A stretch of 64,000 bases of DNA, taken from assembly GCA_951406725.2 (NCBI GenBank), contig OX597823.1:49972001-50036000 (forward strand), in the 5' to 3' direction. The number at the start of each line of letters is the position of its first letter. Within the stretch, counting starts at the first letter, position 1. The notes under the pieces are model-generated. The model worked only from the letters and a program-made list of their open reading frames with translations. It did not search any database and was not told where the DNA came from. Positions 12,961 to 23,210 of this stretch are shown here, piece by piece. The translations under genes and the position numbers were made by a program. The stretch is from Octopus vulgaris (lineage: Eukaryota).

Positions 12961-14132
12961 CATTTAAAATAAAGATCATAATTGACCCACAGTGTTGGTG
13001 AGCTGCAACAATTAGCTCTGATTTAAGTAGCTGTCAAACTCTCAGAATTATAAACACCCAAATTATTCTATATTTATTATCAAGTACATAATCTGGTACT
13101 CTGCTCACCGAGTAACACCCTGGCTCCACCTTACAAAGATATTCATGACTATTTCTCACTCAGTTCCTTCTGTTTATTTCTGTTCTGTTTGTCAGCTGCA
13201 TAAGTTGATCTGTTTGTAAACTGCACCTGTATCTTCTAATTGCAGTTTTGTTAGCTCGGCTTACTACTGCTACCACCACCACCACCACCACCAGTAGTAG
13301 TAGTAGTAGCAGCAGCAATGACTGTTAAAAAGTCATTAAATAATGATATAGCTGCCTGTGATATATTTCTCGGGGTTTCTGTAAAAGCTACATAATGACT
13401 GTTTATAGCATTGACTCCATAGACTGGTGTTAGTTAAGTGGTTCAAGTGCCAACTTTACTCCTGTTGTACAATATTACTTTGGTGCTTTAGACCACACAC
13501 ACATATATTTCTACATGACACTGAGAACAGCTGTGTGCTGGGCTTTGAAATTTAATACAATTTATTTTGCAATAACATTTAAATATAGTTGGTAGACAGA
13601 AACTTTGTTTAAGCCTGTCATATAAATATGTGTATGTCTTTGTGCCAGTATTCGACTACTCGCCCCCCCCCCCCCACTGCTTGATGACAAATATTTATTT
13701 CCTTGTGATTTAACCTTTTTTTAATCCTTATTTTTTTACTTGTTTCAGTCACTAGTCTGCAGTCATGCTAGGGTACTGCCTTGAAGAAATTTAGTCGAAT
13801 AAATTAATGCCAGTGTTCATTTTTTACTCTTTTTTTTTTAAGCCTGGTATTTACTCTATCGGTCTCTTTTGCTAAATCTCTAAGTTACAGGGATGTAAAC
13901 ACCCCGCCACCAGTTGTCAAGTGGTGGTGCATAGGGGACAAACACAGACACAAACATATAAATATATATACATAGATAGGTACAGGCATGGCTGTGTGGT
14001 AAGAAGCTTGCTTTCCAACCATTTGGTTCTAGGTTCAGTTCCTCCATGTGGTACCTTGGGTCAAGTGTCTTTTACTATGGCCTCGGAGAGTTGACCAAAG
14101 CCTTGTGAGTGGATTTGGTTGATGGAAACTGC

Positions 14133-14185
<53 letters not shown>

Positions 14186-16831
14186 GTGAGTGTGTGTGTG
14201 TTTGCCCCACCCCCTCCACCATCACTTGACAACCAATGTTGGTATGTTTACATAGCTTTAACTTAGCAGTTCAGCAAAAGGAACTGATAGAATAAGTACT
14301 AGGCTTACAAAGAATAGGTCCTGGGGTCAATTTCTTCAACGAAAAACCTTTTATGGTAGCGCTCCAGCTTGGCCACTGTCAAATGACTGAAACAAGTAAA
14401 AGAATATGTACACCGGGCTTCTTTCAGTTTCATTCTACGAAATCCACTTAGTAGGCTTTGGTTGGCCTGAGGCGTTATACAATGGCACTAAATCCAGAAC
14501 CATATGGTTAGAAAGCCACACCTCAGCGAAAATGACTTATAGAATAAGTGCTCAGATTTAAGAAAAAATACTGGAGTTTATCTGTTTGGTTGATATCCAA
14601 AGCAGTGCCCCAACATGTTCACAGTCCAATGACTGAAACAAGTAAAAGACAATAAATGTAGGCTGTGTTGTAAGAAGCTTAATTCCCAACCATATTGTTC
14701 TAGGTTCAGTCCCACTGTGTGGCACCTTAGGCAAGTGTCTTCCACTATAGCCTCGGGCCAACCAAAACGTTGTAAGTGGATTTGGTAGACTGAAACTGAA
14801 AGAAGCCCATTGTATGTATATATATATATATATAAAAATACAAAATGGGACAAGAACGCAAAACACTCAAAGAGACGACACAAAAAAACGGATGGGTCAT
14901 TCGAAGCCTCTAATCTTCAGTCAAGAACCGGATCATCCTCGCAATTTCGGCTGATTGTGTGTGTGTGTCTGTGCTTGTCACCACATCAACACATGACAAT
15001 GACAACCAGTGTTGCTGTGTTTACATCTCTGTAACCTAGCAGTTCAGCAAAATAGACTGATAGGCTTAAAAAAATAAGTCCTGGGGTCAATTTGTTTGAC
15101 TAAGACACTTCGAAGCAGTGCTCCAGCATGGCTGCAGTCAGATGACTGAAACAAGTAAAAGAAAAGAATACAAGATACCTGTTTTGCATCTACATTTAAC
15201 GAGAATGGCTGGGTGGTTCAAAAGTTCATATTGCAACCACCTAGTTTCATGTTTTGCCCTACAGTGTGACATTTTGGCAAGTGTCCTAACTTTGGGTTGA
15301 TACATGACTTGTCGATAAAATTTTGCTGACAGAATTTCTCAAGGAAGCCTCTCTGTGTGTGTGTGCGCATGCATGTACATGCTTTCTCAATGACAGGTCA
15401 GTTGGCAGTGATATTCATTTCCAGTCTCGACCAATTCATGCTCGCATGGAAAAAGCTGTCTGTAAAAATGAGAAGGATGAAGATGTTCATAAGTATTGAT
15501 GGCAATGATTAAGGTGGCAAAAAAGTAGAATCACTAGTACATTGGGCAAAATGCTTAACATTTTGTCTGTCTGTACATTCTGAGTTCAAGTTCTTCTGAA
15601 GTTGACTTTATCTTTCTTCCTTTCAGGCTCAGTAAAATAAGTACCAGTTAAACACTGGGGTTGATCTAATCAACTTGCCCCCTCCCTCAAAATTGCTGGC
15701 TTTGTGCCAAAATTTTATATCAGTAACTAAGGTGATGAGTTGACAGAATCACTAGCAACATAGCACTCTGGGCAAAATACTTTGCAGCATTTTTTCTGTC
15801 TTTGTGTTCTGAATTCAAATTCCACCATGATAAACTTTGCTATTCATCTTTTGGATTCTGGGGTCAATCCTTCCCCCAAAATTGTTGACCTTGTACCAAA
15901 ATTCGAAACCAATATTGGTGGTGATAATGACAATGATGATTTGCATCTGTATTTGATATATTTGTCTTGCAACCATATTTGAATGTAATACTTCTGTCTT
16001 GGAAAAGTGATCACCCACGCCAGAAAATAAAAATCTGTTTACATGGTTGGAGCCGCTGTCTTATAAACTTGATCTTTAATTAATCTCTTGTCTGATTTCC
16101 TCCTGGAACTTCTGTGTCTTTATTAATCCATTAAACTGTTTGCTTCTAATAAGTCTTTGGTTGAAGAATCAGCTACTTATCAAACAGAGAATACAACCAT
16201 TTAATTATTGTTAATAACCATGTCTGTTGTAATATATGTTGGTCATGTAAATTGCTTCATTAATTATAGAGATGAGAATTATATATTGAGTCGACTTATC
16301 AGATTGTCTTGTGAGATTAATCGGAGCACTGAGATATTTTAATGCAAAGAGTAAAACTTGATAGCTGAAGAATTACTTCTAATTAAACATTTTAGTATCT
16401 TATTCCTAAATCTTATTTTATATAACCTTATGTTTACTTACAACTTTCTTGATTGACCACCTTAGAAAGTATGTTGGTATCATCATCACCATCATCATCA
16501 TCACCACCACCACCATGATTATGATGATGATGATATTTTTTTTCCTGCTGGCATGCTTTGGATGGGCCATCACAGTTTGAGTCTTGTGGAGATAAAATAA
16601 TTTAGTTAAGGATAATAGAAATAATTTATAGTTCCTAAATTGAGTAGCATGAATGGCAGATGCTCTGCGCTGTAATTAATAATACAGTTGCCCAGTTAGT
16701 GATGGATGGATGGATGATTCACATCCTATTGATGGGTCTATTTTTCTTTTGTGTCTCAAATTGATTATAAAGTCAAGTATCAGCTTATGCACTTAAACAG
16801 TAACGTTTTTTTACTTCTTTCTTCTTTCCAG

Positions 16832-17022
16832 CTTCCAGCCTTAATGGTAACAAGGATTCCATCTACAGTTTAGCGATGAATCCTCCTGGAACAGTCATTG
16901 TATCTGGGTCTACAGAAAAAATTTTAAGAGTGTGGGATCCTCGTACGTGTCAGAAAATGATGAAATTGAAAGGTCATGGGGATAACGTCAAAGCTATTGT
17001 ACTGAACAGAGATGGTACTCAG
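16832..17022 (+). CDS. WDR48: WDR48 exon: [64 protein letters not shown]
   Basis: ccag|CT...CAG|gttagt; 191 nt, phase 1 to 0. Confidence 0.96.
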
Positions 17023-17074
17023 GTTAGTTAATATTTTGTGTCTGAGTTTTTTTTTCTCTTTTACCATTATTCTC

Positions 17075-17562
17075 AAACGTTACGTGATGGATGAGGACAG
17101 CTGTGTAAAGAAGTGCCAATCTCTGATTGTGGAGGGTACTTGTGGAAGGGGTAGACTCATGAAGACATGGGATGAAAGGGTAAGAAAAGATCTTCAGATG
17201 CTGGGCCTCCTCACAGAGGAAGTAACAAGGGACCAAGAGATGTGGTGATTTGCTGTACTTGATAAAACATGTCAAGCCAAGTAAAATTGCTGTCTTCCAC
17301 ATACACAAGCTTATCCGTTCAGGGTCTGGTGCCACATAAAAAGCACCCGTGCCAGTACTGCATAAATGCACCCATGCCAGTGTTACGGGAATGCACTCAT
17401 GCTGGTGGCATATGAAAAGCACCCAGCACACTCTGTTAAGTGATTGGGGTTAGGAAGGGCATCTAGCCATAGGAACCATGCTTTAACAGACAATTGGAGT
17501 CTGGCCAACTCTGTCAAACCGTCCAACCCATGCCAGCATGGAAAGCGGACATTAAATGATGA
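17075..17562 (+). mobile_element. Older RTE LINE 3' fragment. Similar tails at ~343-560(-), 10538-10690(-), 11970-12320, 18230-18410, 25186-25510(-), 29740-29900, 40207-40390, 41260-41555, 44575-44760(-), 49895-50080(-), 60473-60680(-), 63390-63860(-)
   Basis: MDEDSCVKKCQSLIVEGTCGRGR matches the ORF2 end; shared aacccatgccagcatggaaa...gttaaatgatgat terminus. Confidence 0.85.
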
Positions 17563-17630
17563 TATATATATATATATATATTTCTTATCCATGAATGTGG
17601 TGTTGAGCACTCATTCTCATTGTTCAAATT

Positions 17631-17664
<34 letters not shown>

Positions 17665-18460
17665 AAAAGAATTGTTATAAACCTCTGTATTTCATCTTTG
17701 CTCTGATGTGAGTTCTTAATAGACATTTTCAGATAAACATGCATCCTTTTGTACTTATCAACATCCTCCTAACTAAAGATAGTTTTTCTTTATTTGCTTG
17801 ATCCAGGCTGCATAATTTAGCTAAATGAAGATGGTGGTGGAGGGTGAGTGGAATAGACTGCAATGATAAGAAGCTATATTTTAAGACATTTAACATAAGC
17901 TACTAAATGAAGTGTTCTATTCAATTTATCACATTTACTTTCCAATTACTTTCTATTTGGAGCAGTTTATTACAATTAATAAGCATGGAATATAACACTA
18001 ACTTAAATTTTAAGAAAGTACAGGTTTCCACTTCCTTACTCTAGATTATTTGAGAAACTGAATGGAATTAGAAGGGTCAAAGAATTTGCATTATATATAT
18101 TATTGAAATACTTTACACATTTTATTTCAGTAATGCTTTGTTTTGGCGAATATATATATATCTGAGATATCTGGCATCTTACTGTACTCAAGAAGACCTG
18201 TTCACCACAGCAGAATTGATAACCGGTGCTGGTGCCACAAAAAAACACCCATTATACTCTCTGGAGTGATTGGTGTTAGGAAGGGCATCCAGCTGTAGAA
18301 ACCAAACCAGAATAGACAATGAAGCTTGGTGTGGTTCCTGACCTTACCAGCTCCTGTCACTGTCCAATCCATGATAGCATGGAAAACAGATGTTAAATGC
18401 TGCTGATGATATATATATATATATATAAGACTTGAGGTATTTCGTGTTGCAAGACAGTGT

Positions 18461-20299
18461 GTGAGAGAGAATCGTGATGTGGTAGGAGAGAAGTGTGTTC
18501 GCATGGATGATGGTTCACTTGCGCTAAATGAGGATGCAAAGAGAGAGGTTTGGAGATGCCACTATGAAAGTTTGCTGAATAAAGAAAATGAATGGGATAA
18601 AGAGAGTCTGCCAAATGTTGACCCAACAGAGGGACCAGCTATCCGAGTTGATAGTTCCGTGGTAGCTAAGGCAATTAGAAGCATGAAGACAGGGAAAGCC
18701 CCAGGCCCATCAGGAATTACTGCAGAGATGCTCAAAATATCTGGCAGTGTCGGCTATAACCTAGTCACCCGTATAGTCAACCAGGTGATACACGAAGGAG
18801 TCATACCCAATGACTGGTGTAGCAGCATACTAGTCAACTGCTACAAAGGTAAAGGTGATGCCCTGGATACAAATAATTACAGAGGTATCAAGCTGTTGGA
18901 TCAGGTAATGAAGGTTACGGAGAGGGTCTTAGCCCAACTAATTAGAGAGAGAGTTAGTTTAGATGAGATGCAGTTTGGGTTTGTCCCAGGGAAAAGCACC
19001 ACTGATGCTATATTCCTGGTAAGGCAGCTGCAGGAGAAATACCTAGCCAAGGATAAGCCCCTGTACCTGGCTTTTGTTGACATGGAGAAAGCCTTTGATA
19101 GGGTCCCCCGATCCCTCATCTGGTGGTCAATGAGGAAACTAGGGATAGATGAATGGCTGGTGAGGGCTGTGCAAGCCATGTACAGAGATGCCGTAAGTAA
19201 GGTTAGAGTTGGCAACATGTACACAGAAGAATTCAAAGTAGAGGTTGGGGTCCACCAGGGTTCAGTACTCAGCTCCCTCCTATTTATCATAGTCCTCCAG
19301 GCAATAACGGAGGAATTCAAGACAGGTTGCCCCTGGGAGCTCCTCTATGCTGACGACCTCGCTCTAATCGCTGAGTCACTATCAGAACTGGAGGAGAAGT
19401 TCCAGGTGTGGAAGGAGGGTTTAGAATCGAGGGGCCTTAGAGTCAACCTAGCTAAAACCAAAGTACTAATAAGTAGAAAGGTAGAAAACCCACAAATATC
19501 ATCAGGAAGATGGCCCTGCTCGATCTGTAGAAAAGGTGTAGGTAGAAACTCTATAAGATGTACCCAGTGTAAGCTATGGACACATAAGAGGTGCAGCAAT
19601 GTCAAAGGTAGGCTAACTGGGAAGATAGTTTTTGTATGTGGCAGGTGCTCTGGAGCACTGACCTCCGAAAATCTGCAGAAAACAACTTCTGTCACTTTCC
19701 GGGGGGAAAAACTAGAAGTAGTTGATAGTTTCCGCTATCTAGGTGACCAAGTCAGTAGTGGGGGTGGGTGCGCTGAAAGTGTAACTGCTAGAATAAGAAT
19801 AGCCTGGGCAAAGTTTAGGGAGCTCTTACCTCTGCTGGTGACTAAAGGCCTCTCGCTCAGAGTAAAAGGCAGACTGTATGATGCATGTGTACGAACAGCT
19901 ATGCTACATGGCAGTGAAACATGGGCCGTGACTGCTGAGGACATGCGTAAGCTCGTGAGGAACGAAGCCAGTATGCTCCGATGGATGTGTAATGTCAGTG
20001 TACTTACTCGACAGAGCGTTAGTACCTTGAGAGAAATGTTGTACCTAAGAAGCATCAGTTGTTGTGTGCAAGAGAGACGATTGCGCTGGTATGGTCATGT
20101 GGCGAGAATGGATGAAGAGAGGTGTGTGAGAAAGTGCCAATCCCTAGCAGTTGAGGGAACCCGTGGAAGAGGTAGACCCAGGAAAACCTGGGACGAGGTG
20201 GTGAAGCACGACCTTCGGACGTTAGGTCTCACCATGGAAATGACTAGAGACCGAGACCTATGGAAGTATGCTGTGCGTGAGAAGACCCGGCAAGACTAG
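18461..20299 (+). CDS. LINE ORF2 C-terminal part: reverse transcriptase (612 aa) with an internal Cys/His finger; endonuclease lost to truncation
   Basis: Motifs [66 protein letters not shown]; the frame stays open up to the truncation junction. Confidence 0.93.
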   Translation: MRENRDVVGEKCVRMDDGSLALNEDAKREVWRCHYESLLNKENEWDKESLPNVDPTEGPAIRVDSSVVAKAIRSMKTGKAPGPSGITAEMLKISGSVGYNLVTRIVNQVIHEGVIPNDWCSSILVNCYKGKGDALDTNNYRGIKLLDQVMKVTERVLAQLIRERVSLDEMQFGFVPGKSTTDAIFLVRQLQEKYLAKDKPLYLAFVDMEKAFDRVPRSLIWWSMRKLGIDEWLVRAVQAMYRDAVSKVRVGNMYTEEFKVEVGVHQGSVLSSLLFIIVLQAITEEFKTGCPWELLYADDLALIAESLSELEEKFQVWKEGLESRGLRVNLAKTKVLISRKVENPQISSGRWPCSICRKGVGRNSIRCTQCKLWTHKRCSNVKGRLTGKIVFVCGRCSGALTSENLQKTTSVTFRGEKLEVVDSFRYLGDQVSSGGGCAESVTARIRIAWAKFRELLPLLVTKGLSLRVKGRLYDACVRTAMLHGSETWAVTAEDMRKLVRNEASMLRWMCNVSVLTRQSVSTLREMLYLRSISCCVQERRLRWYGHVARMDEERCVRKCQSLAVEGTRGRGRPRKTWDEVVKHDLRTLGLTMEMTRDRDLWKYAVREKTRQD

Positions 20300-20562
20300 T
20301 GAAGCCATAATCCGTGGCCCCTACCTGGGACGTAGTCAGTCCACCTGTGCATACCTTCCTTCTTGTGACACTTGTGAAGACCTGTTGAGGCAAGTGAGAA
20401 TCGAATCGTATCAAATCAAATCGAACCAAATCAAAATAGATGAACATCAATGGAATTTGTATCCTTGTGGTACCAGTGCCGGTGGCACATAAGAAAACCA
20501 TCCGAACGTGACCGTAGCCAGTACCGCAATGACTGGCCTCCGTGCTGAGGGCACGTAACAAA

Positions 20563-20941
20563 CACCATCCGAGCGTGGCCGTCCGCCAGCCTCGTCTAGC
20601 ACCTGTGTCGGTGACACATAAGAAAACACCATCCGAGCGTGGCCGTCTGCCAGCCTCGTCTGGCACCTGTGTCGGTGGCACATAAAAAACACCATCCGAG
20701 CGTGGCCGTCTGCCAGCCTCGTCTGGCACCTGTGTCGGTGGCACATAAAAAACACCATCCGAGCGTGGCCGTCTGCCAGCCTCGTCTGGCACCTGTGTCG
20801 GTGGCACATAAAAAACACCATCCGAGCGTGGCCGTCTGCCAGCCTCGTCTGGCACCTGTGTCGGTGGCACATAAAAAACACCATCCGAGCGTGGCCGTCT
20901 GCCAGCCTCGTCTGGCACCTGTGTCGGTGGCACATAAAATC
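20563..20941 (+). repeat. 63-bp tandem repeat, six copies, in the LINE 3'UTR
   Basis: caccatccgagcgtggccgtctgccagcctcgtctggcacctgtgtcggtggcacataaaaaa starts at 20563, 20627, 20690, 20753, 20816 and 20879. Confidence 0.95.
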
Positions 20942-21223
20942 ACCCACTACACTCTCGGAGTGGTTGGCGTTAGGAAGGGCATCCAGCTGTAGAAACACTG
21001 CCACATCTGACTGGCCTGGTGCAGCCTTCGGGCTTCCCAGACCCCAGTTGAACCGTCCAACCCATGCTAGCATGGAAAGCGGATGTTAAACGATGATGAT
21101 GATGATGATGATATATATAAAGTTAATCCAAACATGAAAACACAAAGAGAAAACACAACAACGCGAGGACGTGGAACAAGTATAGTGTTATTGGACGCTC
21201 AGGAAAGGAAAGAAAGAAGGAGG

Positions 21224-21258
21224 ATTTAACGTTTCGAGCAGAGCTCTTCATCAGAAAC
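21224..21258 (-). ncRNA. Minimal type I hammerhead-ribozyme motif (Penelope-like element type)
   Basis: Minus strand GUUU CUGAUGA A GAGC-ucu-GCUC GAA ACGU U AAAU: complete core, stem II, palindromic stem III, 4-bp stem I. Confidence 0.65.
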
Positions 21259-21829
21259 ATAGAAAAAGGAAAGATCCAAGGAAGGGAAGACAGACGAAAA
21301 AAATCGCCAGCGATATACACACGGTCACATTAACCCTTTAGCATTTAAACTGGCTATATCTGACCCAAATGCACTACCTGATTAATGCCCAAACTGGCCA
21401 TATCCAGTCACTCACACCTAACGTACAATGTCATTCTAAAAATAAACAATCATGCCATTGAAATCTCAAAGCTAAAGATAATGCATGATTAATTCAAAAG
21501 GGTTAGAAATGTATGTTTCAAACAGGTATTTGGTGGTAGATATACAAAACCAACATGCAAGTCTATGTTGGTGTAGAAGTTGACCTACTTTTTTGACTGC
21601 AAAATTCAACTTCTGTACTTGAAAATGCATTAGAAAGTGACAGTTCAACATTAAGTAAATAGACCTTCTAGTTTCGTATCCAGCAAAATACACACACACA
21701 CACACATGCACGTGCACACACACACACACGCATGCACATGCGCATGCACACACACATGTATGTAATGAAGCTTTGTTATTGTTTTGAAGCTAATGGAAAT
21801 TTTATGTAATATATTCTGTTTGATTTTAG

Positions 21830-21934
21830 TGCTTATCTGGCAGTTCTGATGGTACAATTCGGCTATGGTCAATTGGGCAGCAGGTGTGTATGGCCACATT
21901 CCGGGTCCATAATGAAGGAGTGTGGGCGTTGCAG
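21830..21934 (+). CDS. WDR48: WDR48 exon: [35 protein letters not shown]
   Basis: ttag|TGC...CAG|gttagt; 105 nt, phase 0 to 0. Confidence 0.96.
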
Positions 21935-22657
21935 GTTAGTTTTTTTTCTTTCCCCTCTTTTTCAGTTTTCATTTACAAATGTTTTCATATTTGACAATAA
22001 TGTGAGAATTCCTTATAAAAATAATAAGACACTTTCTAGATTGTACTAACCTGTACATTATGAGTTCAGTGTCGGGATATGGTGTTGCACTCTACCATGT
22101 GTAACCGGCAATCAAACCAGTTCAAGTTTGGTGGCTGTGTGGTAAGAATCTTCCTTCCCAACCACATGGTTTCAGGTTCAGTCCCACTCTGTGGCACCTT
22201 AAGCATGCGTCTTTTGCTAATGCCTCAGGCTGACCAAAGCCTTGTGAGTTGATTTGGTAGTCGGAAACTGAAAGAAGCCCATTGTGTGTGTGTATGTGTT
22301 GGTCCCCCTACTATCACTTGTCAACTGATGTTGCTGTGTTTACGTCTCCACAATGTAGCAGTTCAGCCAAAGAGACTGATAAAAAAAATACCAAGCTTAC
22401 AAAGAATAAATCCTGGGGTCAATTTCTTCGACTAAAAAGCCATTTAAGGTGGTGCTCTAGCATGGCTACAGTCAAATGACTAAAACTAATAGAAGAATAT
22501 GTTTTTAAATATATAGGTTCAGGTGTGGCTGTGTGGTAAGAATCTCATGGTTCCAGGATCACTCTTAGTGCATGGCACCTTAAGCAAGTGTCTTCTATTA
22601 TATCCTTGCTTGAACAGACCGAAGCCCTGTAAGTGCTTTTGGCAGACAGAAAGCATA

Positions 22658-22709
<52 letters not shown>

Positions 22710-23090
22710 TTTTCCCATAACTTTATCATCAAATGTTCAACTAACTACTGCATAAATAACCACAATGTAGTTAGCCCTGAATGAGCAAACTTGTGAGCAC
22801 AGATATTCTAACCATAATATCTTGGGCACTGCTCATGTAAGACTGCATTATCTAATGTGTGCCTTCCTTTCTAAGACAGTAGAGTGCAATTTCAATGGAA
22901 GTTCATTGTTTTTAGCAGTTCAAACCACCAAATAGAGGTTGGTTTATGTTTTAGTGTTCGGATGAAGATGTTCCTGTTTTCCTCTTGTTTATTTCTGGAA
23001 GTAGAGACTTAAAATATTTTATTATAAGAAGTTTAATTATAAAAATCATTGATTCATGCAACATTGAAATTTGCTCCTCTCTTTCCACAG

Positions 23091-23210
23091 GCTAATGAAT
23101 CATTTTCAGTTGTGTACTCTGCTGGCAGAGACAGACGTGTATGGGCTACAGATATAAGGGACCCTGAATATCGGACACTGATATGTGAAGAAAAAGCTCC
23201 TGTATTAAAG
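23091..23210 (+). CDS. WDR48: WDR48 exon: [40 protein letters not shown]
   Basis: acag|GCT...AAG|gtaaat; 120 nt, phase 0 to 0. Confidence 0.95.

Larger units (their letters stand above)
18429..21110 (+). mobile_element. 5'-truncated RTE-clade LINE (young copy)
   Basis: Uninterrupted RT ORF, 3'UTR with tandem repeats, (GAT)n tail; flanked by atatatataa at 18419-18428 and 21111-21120 (probable TSD). Confidence 0.93.

Noticed and set aside
14835-14956. Penelope-like remnant with CTGAAGA and GAAA fragments on the minus strand
   Set aside because: Truncated; the motifs cannot be assembled into a coherent hammerhead fold.
18901-20055. Antisense ORFs within the LINE
   Set aside because: Shadow frames of the RT ORF with no recognisable motifs.
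20563-20941. CRISPR-like regular repeats
   Set aside because: Units are contiguous and near-identical with no unique spacers, there are no cas genes, and the context is a eukaryotic LINE 3'UTR.
20244-21073. 229-aa and 208-aa minus-strand ORFs with 21-aa repeats
   Set aside because: By-products of a stop-free 63-bp (multiple of 3) tandem repeat.
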